Source: Tubiluchus corallicola (lineage: Eukaryota > Animalia > Priapulida). Taken from it: 64,000 nt of DNA. The notes beneath the pieces were generated by a model. It was not told the DNA's origin, did not search any database, and was given only the letters and a program-made list of their open reading frames with translations. This document shows, in pieces, positions 11,622 through 24,857 of this stretch (the stretch's first letter is position 1; each line of letters opens with the position of its first letter). Both the position numbers and the translations under genes were made by a program. The stretch is from NCBI GenBank assembly GCA_030141605.1, contig JAQGDQ010000522.1, positions 62,001 through 126,000 of the forward strand, in the 5' to 3' direction.

Positions 11622-11765
11622 GTGTAACTTTGATGGATCCAATTGTCTTATCCATGCCATATTTGTTCGTGGCAACGCAGGTATACTCGCCTACATCCTC
11701 CGGCCAGACGGGATTAATGTCAAGTTCCACGAGGCCAAAATCGTACTTTGTCCTGAATCGGCTGC
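11622..11765 (-). CDS. sls: E31: Ig C-half (144-nt class)
   Basis: ttcag|GC, C|gtatgt; phase 1-1. Confidence 0.9.
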
Positions 11766-12060
11766 CTGAAAAATCAACGGTCGTCATCAGCATTGTTTTT
11801 CGGTGTTGCTTAGCAACCATTCTTTCTCAGGGTTCCTTAGCAACAATGTTTTGCACTATTCAGCCATTTGTCGTAAAAGCGATATCGAATAGAAATGTTC
11901 TCTGACGCACTTTTTACTAGTTCTAATCCAATTTGTAAGCACTAATTACTAGCGAATTAAATCTTATTTCGTTATCTCTTGCACTAGAACTACTTTCTTT
12001 CTAAAAATAAACACTGCCTAACGATTTCAAAGAAGAGAGGTTTAAGGCTGTCGCTCTTAC

Positions 12061-12165
12061 CAATTCCAAGCGGTTGTCCATTGAAGAACCATTCCACCTT
12101 CATGTGAGGATCGCCAATCGGAACCAACTTGGCTTCCAGATGAGCAGCAGAATCTTCCATCAGCC
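12061..12165 (-). CDS. sls: E30: Ig N-half
   Basis: ttcag|GG, G|gtaaga; 105 nt, phase 1-1. Confidence 0.9.
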
Positions 12166-12998
12166 CTGAACACAAGTAACATATGTAAAAAGCTGCATCA
12201 GCACAAAATTATTCTAAGAGGATTGTCAATTCTGTAAAACAGTTGACGGTTAACAAATGATGAACTAAAATGACCAGTTAGCGATAAAAATGCATCGGTC
12301 ACTATTTTACACAATAACAGACAATAGGAGCAGCAATTAACGGGGATTTTACAGAAACCGAAATTTAAGAAATATGGGAAACCAATCATTTATGCAAAAC
12401 CAACTACTATCAAAACTCTGCAATAAATAAAATGCTTTGTTTTTGTTTATTTGATTTTATTAGCTTTCATACAAACTTGATGAAGTAACTGGGCAAAAAA
12501 TCTTAAACAAAAATAGTAGAACAACATTTACGGTTAAAGATCATGATGCTTCAAAAAAAATCGACAAATTTTATTTTATTGCCTGTATTTCATAAATCAT
12601 AAAAGTAACTTGATTTTATTCAAATTGAAGTTTCGGTTAGCTGTGCCTGGAAACCTAAGCTTCACAGTCGTTAGCACAGAAAATCTGCAATGCTGTAAAA
12701 AGCATGCTACAAACGGCACGAACAGTTAAATAAACGACATTAATTTGCACTATTTTAACCAAGATTTTTCAGCGATTTTTAACATCTAGAAGAAAAAGGT
12801 AAGATGGATAAATACTATTAAAATCTCAGAAAAAAATTACAGAAAATTTCGGGTGCGAAACTTAATAACTTTCGACAAAAATGAAACTGAACCAAAAGTG
12901 CAATTATTGGCGAACCAAAAAGTTTTCATTTCCGTAACATCGCTGGCAATTAGGTCAATATTCTGCAAACTGCCCGCCCAGTGCAAATAATTAGTTAC

Positions 12999-13163
12999 CC
13001 GCGAGATGAGGCAGCTGTGTTATAAATTTCGGCGGCTCTCCGACTTCCGGTTTCTCCTCTGGCACAACCGGATGAGCCATGGCATCCTCCATATCTTGCA
13101 ACTTCTGCACGGCTTCTTTCATCGTCTCGGGAAGCTGCGTATCCAACAGCAACGCCCTGCGAG
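12999..13163 (-). CDS. sls: E29: kettin linker plus start of Ig
   Basis: ttgtag|CT, G|gtaact; 165 nt, phase 1-1. Confidence 0.88.
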
Positions 13164-13448
13164 CTACAAGCGTAAAAAGAATCGTAAGAAGCTTAGCTAT
13201 AAGCAGATGTAATAAGGTGAAAACTTCCATTCCGCAACAGATTGTTCTAAGTTATATTAAAATTAAATAAACAAACGCCCCTAACGAAGCAAAATTGATT
13301 AGACTCAACCACTGCACAGGCTTCGGCAAAACGCGTTCTGATTTAGTTACTCTTTCGTTTTTTATAGTAGTATTATCGACCTATTTTTGTGGCTCATTAC
13401 TTTCTTATGGCCGTTTTATAACATCACAATAGCTGCTCAAAGAAGATT

Positions 13449-13660
13449 GTTACTAATATATCTATGGTCACCGTGTTTACTAATATATCTATGGTCACCA
13501 TGGTTACTAATATATCTATGGTCACCATGGTTACTAATATATCCATGGTCACCATGGTTACTAATATATCTATGGTCACCATGGTTACTAATATATCCAT
13601 GGTCACCATCGTTACTAATATATCTATGGTCACCATGGTTACTAATATATCTATGGTACC
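13449..13660. repeat. Minisatellite, 27-bp unit, ~8 copies
   Basis: gttactaatatatctatggtcaccatg. Confidence 0.95.
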
Positions 13661-14043
13661 TATGCCTGACCACTAATCAGGATTAGTCTTACAAAAATAG
13701 AATCATTAGTAATAACTTTTCCTCGCTGATCAGTTACTTTGCATTAATATTAAATTTGGCGAAAACAAACTATTACTGAATGTTTAAAGTCCAAAATACT
13801 AGCACAGCTTATACTTTGTTTCTAGTACATGTCATCATTAACTATGACATTTTCACCTTGCCATTTTAGCTTGTCCAACACCTATAATACACTCTGTATA
13901 TATTAGTTTCATCACATAAGAAGCAGGTAAGCAAACGCTTCTGAAAACCATTTTATGTTAACCTAGGCTTACTCTCATCTTTCAAAAATGTAACATCTTT
14001 GGTAGTGTACGAGGTTAATAAAGGAAGATAAGTCTTTACTTAC

Positions 14044-15585
14044 GTTTTGTTTTGATGTAGCATTTGGTCATCGCCGTGCCGTACTTGTTGGTCGCCACGC
14101 ATTTGTACTCGCCGGTATCTTCCGGATAGCACGGTGAAATGTCCAGCGTGACGAAGCCAAAGTCGAACACGGTCTTGAACCTGCTGCCTACGGTCAGCGG
14201 CTTGTCGTTGAAGAACCATTCCACGTACAAGTCGGGATCTCCCACGGGGATGACCCTGGCTTCGTTGTGACAGCTGTCGCCTTCGTACAGGTCGGTTATG
14301 TCCTTCAAGTTGACGATGAACTCCGGAGGTATGCCAGGTGCCTCGGGTGCTGCTGCTGGTGCTTCCGGTTGTCTGCTTTCCAAGTCCTGGATCTTCGGAA
14401 GACCGCCTTCCATTCCTGGAGGAAGCTGCGTGTCAAGAATGATGCTTCGTTTGCCGGCGCAGGTCAGCGTGGCTCTAGAGAAGCACTCGCCGTACTTGTT
14501 CCAAGCGCGACAAACAAACTCTCCCGTGTCTTCGGCGTAAACGGGAGTGATGTCCAAAATGGTGAATCCAAAATCGTAAATTGTCCTGAATCGATGGCCA
14601 TCGATGACCGGTTGTCCGTTCAAGAACCATTCCGTACGTAGATACGGGTCCTTGTGAGGTTCGACGCGTCCTTCGTAGTGAGCCGTGTCGCCCTCATTGA
14701 GGCCGTCCAGAGGAAGTAGTTCTTGCGTGAAGTAGGGCGGTTGTCCTCCTTCAATGTCGCCGCACCGAAGCGTGCATCTGGCGAAGTCTTCGCCCACTTC
14801 GTTCCAAGCGCGGCAGACGTACTCGCCCGAGTCGTGCGGGAAACAGTTGGTGATGTCCAAGATGACGAAGCCAAAGTCGTGGATGATCCTCACCTTGTGG
14901 CTCGCATCAAGCGGCTTGCCGTTGAAGAACCATTCGATCTTCAACTCCGGATCGTTGACTGGTTCGAGCAAGCATTCGAAGTGAGCGGACTCATTCTCGT
15001 GTAAGTTGTCCAAGCTTTCGGGTTGAGTAATGAACTTGGGCGGTTGCTTTGGTGCAATTTGCTCCGATGGTCGCTCCATGGTTGGCGCCAGGGCATCTTC
15101 CAACTCGCCAATCTTTCCGGCAATTCGAGGTTGATCGGGTAGACTTGTAGTGGATAATATACTGAGCTTAGGCGCAATTTTCAACTCGCATTGCACCTGG
15201 TCTTCTCCAACGGGATTATGAGCCTTGCAGACGTACTCGCCCTCGTACTCCGGCAGCAGGAAGTTTATTTCCAGAATGACGAAGCCAAAATCGTGCAGCG
15301 TGCGGAACCGATGGCTGGCTTCCAGCGGCTGTCCGTTGAAGAACCATTCCACTTCCAGCGTCGGATCGTTGACGGGTTCTAGCCTGGCCTCCAGGTGGAT
15401 GCTGTCTCCCTCCACCAAGTCCACGTAGCTCTGCAACTCCGTGATAAAGTGCGGAGGTTGAAGCTGAGGCTCGGCCGATAACTCTTTCTTGAATCGCGTG
15501 GCTTGCTCATCCTCCATCTCTGCAATTTTCTCGACCAATCGTTGATGCTCCGGTAGATTTGTACTGGTAACGATAGCCGTCTTTG
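14044..15585 (-). CDS. sls: E28: large exon, four Ig domains
   Basis: ttatag|CA, C|gtaagt; 1542 nt, phase 1-1; ORF 14036..15628. Confidence 0.95.
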
Positions 15586-15755
15586 CTATAAAAAATAAAA
15601 ACAGATATATTAAATACTCCGTCAACACTCCGTTTAGAAATAACTGCTATCCCAAAAAAGCGATACAAATGGATTATAAAAACGATGCATAGTTATCCAA
15701 AAAATGCAATATACAAGGATTATTTAAGTTTTGTTACCCGAGCCACAAACAACCT

Positions 15756-17555
15756 TTAGCTACAGATAATAAAAAAAGATCTTAATATTGCTAGTTTCTT
15801 TGTTAATGTCTCTTTATTTAGCTACAGATAATAAAAAAAGATCTTAATATTGCTAGTTTCTTTGTTTATGTCTCTTTATTTAGCTACAGATAATAAAAAA
15901 AGATCTTAATATTGCTAGTTTCTTTGTTTATGTCTCTTTATTTAGCTACAGATAATAAAAAAAAGATATTAATATTGCTAGTTTCTTTGTTTATGTCTCT
16001 TTATTTAGCTACAGATAATAAAAAAAGATCTTAATATTGCTAGTTTCTTTGTTTATGTCTCATTTAGCTACAGATAATAAAAAAAGATCTTAATATTGCT
16101 AGTTTCTTTGTTTATGTCTCTTTATTTAGCTACAGATAATAAAAAAAGATCTTAATATTGCTAGTTTCTTTGTTTATGTCTCTTTATTAGCTACAGATAA
16201 TAAAAAAAGATCTTAATATTGCTAGTTTCTTTGTTTATGTCTCTTTATTTAGCTACAGATAATAAAAAAAGATCTTAATATTGCTAGTTTCTTTGTTTAT
16301 GTCTCTTTATTTAGCTACAGATAATAAAAAAAGATCTTAATATTGCTAGTTTCTTTGTTTATGTCTCTTTATTTAGCTACGGACAATAAAAAAAGATCTT
16401 AATATTGCTTTTGTTTCTTTGTTTATGTCTCTTTATTTAGCTACAGATAATAAAAAAAGATCTTAATATTGCTAGTTTCTTTGTTTATGTCTCTTTATTT
16501 AGCTACAGATAATAAAAAAAGATCTTAATATTGCTAGTTTCTTTGTGTATTCCTCTTTATTTAGCTACAAATAATAAAAAAAGATCTTAATATTGCTTGT
16601 TTCTTTGTGTATTCCTCTTTATTTAGCTACAAATAATAAAAAAAGATCTTAATATTGCTTGTTTCTTTGTGTATTCCTCTTTATTTAGCTACAAATAATA
16701 AAAAAAGATCTTAATATTGCTTGTTTCTTTGTGTATTCCTCTTCATTTAGCTACAAATAATAAAAAAAGATCTTAATATTGCTTGTTTCTTTGTGTATTC
16801 CTCTTTATTTAGCTACAAATAATAAAAAAAGATCTTAATATTGCTTGTTTCTTTGTGTATTCCTCTTTATTTAGCTACAAATAATAAAAAAAGATCTTAA
16901 TATTGCTTGTTTCTTTGTGTATTCCTCTTCATTTAGCTACAAATAATAAAAAAAGATCTTAATATTGCTTGTTTCTTTGTGTATTCCTCTTCATTTAGCT
17001 ACAAATAATAAAAAAAGATCTTAATATTGCTTGTTTCTTTGTGTATTCCTCTTTATTTAGTTACAAATAATAAAAAAAGATCTTAATATTGCTAGTTTCT
17101 TTGTTTATGTCTCTTTATTTAGCTACAGATAATAAAAAAAGATCTTAATATTGCTAGTTTCTTTGTGTATTCCTCTTTATTTAGCTACAAATAATAAAAA
17201 AAGATCTTAATATTGCTAGTTTCTTTGTGTATTCCTCTTTATTTAGCTACAAATAATAAAAAAAGATCTTAATATTGCTTGTTTCTTTGTGTATTCCTCT
17301 TTATTTAGCTACAAATAATAAAAAAAGATCTTAATATTGCTTGTTTCTTTGTTTATTCCTCTTCATTTAGCTACAAATAATAAAAAAAGATCTTAATATT
17401 GCTTGTTTCTTTGTGTATTCCTCTTTATTTAGCTACAAATAATAAAAAAAGATCTTAATATTGCTAGTTTCTTTGTTTATTTCACTTTTTTTAGCTACAA
17501 ATAATAAAAAAAGATCTTAATATTGCTAGTTTCTTTGTTTATTTCACTTTTTTAG
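15756..17555. repeat. Minisatellite, 62-bp unit, ~29 copies, two regionally clustered variants
   Basis: tttagctaca(g/a)ataataaaaaaagatcttaatattgct(a/t)gtttctttgt... Confidence 0.97.
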
Positions 17556-18213
17556 CAAAACAAACAACAATTTCACTTCATTTAGAAGTTTGGAGAGACT
17601 AATTATGTACACAAATTTATGGTCAGCGCAATCCAACTGTATTGGCAAAAGAAAACGAGGATATTTTGAGATTTGACATCCATTACTGAAAAAATCAGCA
17701 AAACACAGACGGATGCACGGATGAATTATTGAAAAATCCCGCTTTTATTTTAAAAACAACACGGATGTTTTGCTCTTAGGAAATGCGCTTTCTTCATTCG
17801 GTGGGAGTTATTCTGTATAATTCTTTGTATTTCAAGATTTCCCTTACTTCTGGAGTTATTCTGTATAATTCTTTGTATTTCAAGATTTCCCTTATTTCTT
17901 ACATTCACACGAAAGAAGCAACCCGTAATAGGTTTCAAAATATCCGCTTGTTAGCAAAATAAAAGCAAGATTTTCCATTAATTCATCTTTGTATCCGTCT
18001 ATATAATCTTTGTTTTGTTGAAAATGAGGATAAGATTAAATAATTTCACTGTTTGATATTGATCGGGAATTTGATACTTGAAAAAATATTTGTGAACGAC
18101 TTCTAGAGAAAAGAACAAGAAAAATTCGTAGCAAAAATTGATTCTGCGTCAAAAGCGGCATGAAACGAATTAAATTTTTCAACTACGATCGTGTAAAAAA
18201 CCAAACAACGTAC

Positions 18214-18357
18214 GTTGTGCCGTAAGCTGTGCCACTGTCATGTCCTCTCCCTGAGGATTGTAAGCTCTGCACATGTACTCTCCGGAATCTTCCGGAACGA
18301 CGCCCTCTATCTCCAGTACGACGAAGCCGAAGTCGTGGATCATCTTTACCCTGGTTG
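18214..18357 (-). CDS. sls: E27: Ig C-half (144-nt class)
   Basis: gtacag|CA, C|gtacgt; phase 1-1. Confidence 0.9.
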
Positions 18358-18788
18358 CTGTACATAAAAACGACTTACATTTAATTCAACTAGAAAAATT
18401 CGGCAAAAATCAGGGAATTAACCAGGGCAGGATTAACACATAAGCAAACCAAGCATGTGCTTAGGGTACTAAGGTTCAGGGAATTAACCAGGGCACGAAT
18501 TAACCAATACCACAAAAGTCTTACTTCATACAAACAGCACTTATAATAAAAGTTCTGTCAATACTGACTGAAGTTGGTTAATAATTGTTCTAGTAATCAA
18601 TTAGTAATCAATAATTAGTAATTAGTAATTAATAACTAATAATCAATAACTGGCTAATAAGTTTGGTTAATTAATATCTTTTATTTGAAATCAGTTCTGC
18701 TACTTTATCTCTCTTGTAACAACTGATGCTTTTGGGTCAAGAAGCCCATTAACTTAGTCTCACTTTTCACGTATTCAACGCCATTTAC

Positions 18789-19046
18789 CTGCATCAAGAG
18801 GCGTCCCGTTGTGATACCACTCCACCACCAATTCCGGATCATTGATGGGCGTCAGCCGCGCCTCGAAGTGGGCGTGGTCGCCCTCTACCAAGTTCGGCAA
18901 TGGCTGAATCTGGGTGATGAAGACCGGCGGTTCCTTCGCCGCTTCGGGAACCCAGACGTCCTTTGGCGCTTTGTCCATCTCCAGCTCCTGAATCTTCTCC
19001 AAACCCTCAGGATGCTGCGAGGCGCTGATTACCGGAGGCTGGCCCT
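18789..19046 (-). CDS. sls: E26: linker plus Ig N-half
   Basis: ttcag|AG, G|gtaaat; 258 nt, phase 1-1. Confidence 0.9.
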
Positions 19047-19703
19047 CTGAAGTGACAAAATGACAAACATTAAAAGCAAAAAAAATTAAAAAATTTGAAA
19101 ACTTAACATGTTGAGATTCCGTCTGAAAACATTTAAACAAAATAAAATGAAAATTCACACAAAGTACATCTACAAGGTTTTCGTTTTCTATCACAAATGT
19201 TTACTAAGATGTTTTCAAATTTAACACACTTATTCCCATGTGCTGCCATCTACCAGTCATAATATTAAACACAAAAAATTCATATAAAAATAGATTTTGT
19301 AAAAAACCATTCTCTTAATTTCGTAAAGTGTTAATGTTGCGTAGAAGACTTTCATTCTTGTAGTGCTAAAATTCTTACTAATTATTTAGTTAATGTAATT
19401 TAAGGTAGCATAACTAAGTCTGTAATTCTATATTGTTCTATAGTTTTTAATCCAAATTATTTTATTTGGAGTATTACAAGCCAAAATAGAGCCGCTTAGC
19501 GGGGAGAGAGAAGCTAGATACTAGTAAAGACAACCATCTTGAAATCAGATTCTGGACCCATAAAGACGTTTCAGCCACCATTGCACTTGATTGGTGGTCA
19601 TCCATCTGACTACTTATCAGGCTTCTTGCTCCTCAACTTTGTTGCCAAACATATACCATAATCTCTCAGACAATATGACTATATGAATGCACATTCTACA
19701 TAC

Positions 19704-19847
19704 CGGCACATTTCACCGTGGCCGAACTGAATGCTTCGCCGACAAGATTGTAGGCCCGGGCCACGTATAGTCCAGTGTGCTCTGGCTGGACGTTGGCTAT
19801 GTCCAAACCAACGTAACCGAAGTCAAATGTGGTCGTGTACCTAGCTC
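19704..19847 (-). CDS. sls: E25: Ig C-half (144-nt class; ARYTTTFDFGYVGLDI)
   Basis: ttgcag|GA, G|gtatgt; phase 1-1. Confidence 0.9.
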
Positions 19848-20145
19848 CTGCAAAAGAAAATTAAAAATCAATTCACCGAGTTCAAACGAAATATTCAGCA
19901 CAAAAATGTTACGGCAGTAATTACATAAAACTGCAAAGAAGCCTTTCATATGAAGCAGCTTTCTTTCTGAAACGAGATACGACCCGGCGAGAAGCTCAAA
20001 TGCAAAACACCTGGGACGTACATTGATTGTGTGGTTACTATTTCAGCAGTGACCTCGACCAACGAAGTAACAGTCCAACCATATAGGTTACAAGATAAAA
20101 ATAAGATAAGATATAAGATAAGTATAAAAATAAGATAACTTTTCA

Positions 20146-20470
20146 TATCTAAGCTAGTAGCTAACTTAACGTCAAAAACGATAAACGGTTTGACCTTTCT
20201 TGAATGAGCTTAGTAAATGCATGAATGACCTTGACCTCTATGAATGACTTTGAACTTTGACATGAGCATCTTAATAAGTAAAAAATGAATAAACACAAAT
20301 CTTTGCATTGCCATATCTAAGCAAGTAGTTAACTTAACGTCAAAAACGATAAACGGTTTGACCTTTCTTGAATGAACTTAGTAAATGCATGAATGACCTT
20401 GACATCTATGAATGACTTTGAACTTTGACATGAGCATCATAATAAGTAAAAAACGAATAAACACGTATCT
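20146..20470. repeat. Tandem duplication, ~170 bp x2
   Basis: aacttaacgtcaaaaacgataaacggtttgacctttcttgaatga occurs twice. Confidence 0.9.
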
Positions 20471-20534
20471 TTGCACTATTGCAACCAACATGCAATGTAA
20501 CGAAAGCAACATTTAAACAGTTAGCCAGTCTCAC

Positions 20535-20786
20535 CAGATTCCAGTGGTTGTCCATTGAAGAACCATTCGACCTTGAGATTTGGATCGTTAATTGGTTCAA
20601 CGATTCCATCCAGGTGTGCAGTGTCGCCCTCTATGAGGTTCTCCACGTTTACTAACGTCTTCGTAAACACCGGCTTCCTGTACTGTTCCTCCGGGACGTG
20701 AACGGCGCGGTCCGGCGACTTCTCGAGTTCACGGATTTTCTCCAAGCCTTCCGGAAACTGTGTGTCGGAGAGTACAGATGGTTTGC
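20535..20786 (-). CDS. sls: E24: linker plus Ig N-half
   Basis: ttctag|GC, G|gtgaga; 252 nt, phase 1-1. Confidence 0.9.
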
Positions 20787-20872
20787 CTAGAACAACAACA
20801 CGGACTTTATTAGGCCCCGAACTCCGCAATTGTGTTTTCTGGATAAATGTTATTCTGCAATTCACCTAACCA

Positions 20873-21385
20873 CAGGGATGAGAATGACAAATTGTAAAAA
20901 ACTGTGAAACAGGCCGGGGGTTTGAGGACCGCATAGGCCCCCATGGGGGTTCAAGGGGGAGAAGCAACAAATTGCAATTTTGTGACCATAGAGAGCCTCC
21001 TCTAAGTGGACTTAAAATATCAATTACCATGTTTCATGCATAATTTAAAATACCCAGCTATCAAGGATACATGATACCTAATTGTCTCAAAAACGCCTAA
21101 GTACTGGCCGCTCCTATGCAAAAGTATATAAAAACTGTCTGCAATTGACTCAAATAACTCCGCACAATTGATTCTATATTTTTATACATAAAGATATACA
21201 CGTGGTTACACTGATGTACGTGATGTAAACAAAGTGACGGCCTGCCAACTAGCGGCCAGCTTGCGAAATAATGTACTGGGTCCGTAGTAATTTTCTCAAC
21301 GAATTTTTGCGATTTACAAAAATGGCACTACTGATCTTCCAAAAAACTCGGAGTTGCGCGTATCCGCAGAAAATTCTCATCCCTG
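20873..21385. mobile_element. hAT-like MITE with 6-bp TSD, 513 bp
   Basis: Perfect 13-bp TIR cagggatgagaat / attctcatccctg; TAACCA on both flanks. Confidence 0.75.
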
Positions 21386-21514
21386 TAACCAGAGAATTAC
21401 TTACTGAAAAATTCTTTACCTGTCTATCAAGCATTGTGGTGTGATGGCAGTTTTAGGTTTTAGCTTAGCTGGCAGTCATAAATTAAGTTAAAAGAGCCTG
21501 AGCATAACACTGAC

Positions 21515-21658
21515 CTGCACATTTGAGTGTGGCCGATGTTATAGCTTCTCCAACGTCATTGTAAGCTCTGCACATGTACAAACCGTCGTCTTCGGGGTAG
21601 ATGGGATTCACGTCCAATCTTACGTAGCCGAAATCATGCATTGTCGTGAACCGTGTGC
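21515..21658 (-). CDS. sls: E23: Ig C-half (144-nt class)
   Basis: ttccag|GC, G|gtcagt; phase 1-1. Confidence 0.9.
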
Positions 21659-21937
21659 CTGGAAAAAAGACAGACGTCGGTCTAAAATCAAGATACCTAG
21701 CAAAGTTACAATAGCATTATATACAGGTGAGTATACACACCTGGTCATTCTTGACAGGTGAAAGTTTTAACGTGACAATTTGCAGAAGTTCAAATTCAAG
21801 TGCAAAAACAAGTACAGCAGAAACTGCAATAATTTGATAATAATAAGAATAACAAACAATAACAATAACAGTTTCTATTTAAAGTCATTATTTGGATAAA
21901 CAACTAACGTAAGCTCAATAAGCTTTTTCCCTACTAT

Positions 21938-22366
21938 CAGGGGAGTATTAGCCAATAGGCTAACAAGGCAATAGCCTAGATGCCAAAGTTTGAGGCGCGG
22001 CACATTTTAGAAAAAAATTTTCTTATTCTTCTCCGAAAATTTGTATACCTTCATATTCACGTAAAGCGTACGTTTCATAACACACCACAGGCAGTTATTG
22101 AGCACTGCTTCTATATAAGTGCCACATAACGAACAGGTGCAAGGTGTTACACAACAAGCAGTTGTGCAGCCTGCTTGAATATAAGCAGTATGCAAATACA
22201 TGTAATTAATAATGACCATGTCGTAGAAACTAGGTTAATAGTGTTTCTAATACACCACAAGTAACTGCTTGATTGGCTCGTTATATGACAACCATAAATT
22301 TCACAATAGAGATGGGCGGGACAAAACTCACAGTCTATTGCGTCATAAAGTTCTGATACACCCCTG
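21938..22366. mobile_element. hAT MITE; inverted relative at ~39805-40200
   Basis: TIR caggggagtattag / ctgatacacccctg (12/14); TSD cctactat/cctactga (6/8). Confidence 0.75.
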
Positions 22367-22687
22367 CCTACTGAAAATGAAATTCCAAACTACATAATAA
22401 AGGTTACTATTTCCATAAAAAAGGTCCTTTTTATATACAAAAACTGCAAAAATGCCACCGCTATTCTACAGTATTCACAGCAACACGTCCCCACCTAGAC
22501 AGCCTATACACACTACGCAGAACGTCCCGTACTCTTCAACAACTATAAGCCGATGCAACGTTTGTCCGATTTGAACAATTCTTTCAACATTTTAGACGTA
22601 GAGAAACGCTCTACAACTATTTTGCAGAAACAGGAAAGAAAGGCAAACATGAACTAATGTGTAGAAAATAACTTCAAAACTGCTCAC

Positions 22688-22797
22688 CAGATGGCAGTGG
22701 TTCTCCATTTCTGTACCATTCCACTTTCAGATTTGGATCATTGGCTGGTTCGAGTCTCGCTTCTAAGAATGCCGGAGCCCCTTCGACCAGATTATCG
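22688..22797 (-). CDS. sls: E22: Ig N-half (DNLVEGAPAFLEARLEPANDPNLKVEWY)
   Basis: ttcag|C, G|gtgagc; 110 nt, phase 2-1. Confidence 0.9.
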
Positions 22798-22834
22798 CTG
22801 AAATGCATTGCAAATCATTTTTAGATTGAATAAA

Positions 22835-23945
22835 TCTCCTCACTATATATAAATTAAAATATCCTCACTATACTTAGGTCAGTCTGCAAAACGGTAAAAT
22901 ATGTTCACTATATTTAGGCCAGTTTGCAAAACAGCAAAACATCCTCACTATACTTAAGTCAGCTTACAAAACGGTAAAACATCTTCGCAATACTTAGGTT
23001 TAGTTTGCAAAACGGTAAAATATCCTCACTATACTTAGATTTAGTTTGCAAAACGGTAAAATATCCTCAGGACACTTAGGTCAGTTTACAAAACGGTAAA
23101 ATATCATCACTATACTTAGGTCAGTCTGCAAAATGGTAAAATATCCTCACTATATTTAGGTCAATCTGCAAATGGTAAAATATCCTCACTATACTTAGGT
23201 CCAGTTTGCAAAACGGTAAAACATCCTCACTATACTTAGGTTTAGTTTGCAAAACGGTAAAATATCCTCACTATACTTAGGTCAGCTTGCAAAACGGTAA
23301 AACATCCTCGCTATACTTAGGTCAGTCTGCAAAACGGTAAAATATGTTCACTATATTTAGGCCAGTTTGCAAAACAGTAAAACATCCTCGCAATACTTAG
23401 GTTTAGTTTGCAAAACGGTAAAATATCCTCACTATACTTAGGTCCAGTTTGCAAAACGGCAAAATATCCTCACTATACTTAGGTGTAGTTTGCAAAACGG
23501 TAAAATATCCTCACTATACTTAAGTCCAGTTTGCAAAATGGTAAAATATCCTCACTATACTTAGGTCCAGTTTGCATAACGGTAAAATATCCTCACTATA
23601 CTTAGGTTTAGTTTGCAAAACGGTAAAATATCCTCAGGACACTTAGGTCAGTTTGCAAAACGGTAAAATATCATCACTATACTTAGGTCAGTATGCAAAA
23701 CGGTAAAATATCCTCACTATACTTAGGTTTAGTTTGCAAAATGGTAAAATATCCTCACTATACTTAGGTCCAGTTTGCAAAATGGTAAAATATCCTCACT
23801 ATACTTAGGTTCAGTTTGCAAAATGGTAAAATATCCTCACTATACTTAGGACAGCTTGCAAAACGGTAAAATATCCTCACCATATTTAGCCTAGTTTGCA
23901 AAACGGTAAAATATCCTCACCATATTTAGCCTAGTTAGCAAAACA
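22835..23945. repeat. Minisatellite, 40-41-bp unit, ~27 copies
   Basis: atatcctcactatacttaggtcagtttgcaaaacggtaaa. Confidence 0.96.
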
Positions 23946-24292
23946 GCATTTGCAAGCTTTTGTAAAAATTGTCGCACGTAATTTTTCGCGCAACTGTCCT
24001 AAACTTTCAAATATTTGGAAAATGCTAGCTTTTATGTTACACGATTGCTTAATGCAGAAACAATCAAGTGCTGACACCTAGTAGTGACATACAAAATAAT
24101 CAAGTGACTAACGATAAAATCTAGCTATGAGACCCTTTTCAGACCAAGCAGATAGTCCCATTTGTGCATCACTAACTGTTGAAAACTTATCCATCTTTAT
24201 AAACTATATTTGCAAAAGAAACAGAACTAAAATGATAACAACAAACAATGCAACAAACAACGCAACAAACAACAAACAAGTATCATACATAC

Positions 24293-24857
24293 CAGCTAAC
24301 TGGATTTGTTGTGAAAACCGGCTTCACTTTCCTGTCTTCCGGAATGTAGATCTCGTGAACTGCCCGGCGACGATGTATGTCCTCCACTTCCTGCAGTTCC
24401 TCGACACCGCGAGGCCCGGCGGGGTGAGTCGTATCTAGGTAAATGCTGCTCTTACTGATGCATTTCAGCGTAGCCGACGTGCTGGCTTCTCCGACGTCGT
24501 TCGTCGCTCGGCAGATGTAGACGCCGCTGTCTTCCGGAAGGGTGTACAAGATCTCCAGCGTCACGTAGCCAAAGTCGTGCATCGGCCGGAACCGATGACC
24601 AGTGTCCAGTGGCTGGCCATTGCAGAACCATTCTACTTTCATGGTCGGGTCGTTGATGGGTTCCAGACGACATTCGAAGAATGCTTTCTGGTTCTCGGTG
24701 GTCTGAACGTTCTCTATCTGCGTGATGAAAATCGGTTTTTGTTTCTCGCGCTCCGGGGAGAAACGAGTCGCTGCGGGACGCGACTGCCAGTCTTCCAGTT
24801 GCTGGATCTTTGCCAGTCCTTCCGGATGAATTGACTCTCCATATATGGATTTTTTAC
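24293..24857 (-). CDS. sls: E21: linker, full Ig, linker
   Basis: ttcag|GT, TG|gtatgt; 565 nt, phase 1-2. Confidence 0.92.

Noticed and set aside
14267-15428. Several plus-strand and alternate-frame ORFs (also over 40379-43066 and 55429-56131)
   Set aside because: Shadows of GC-richer coding exons.
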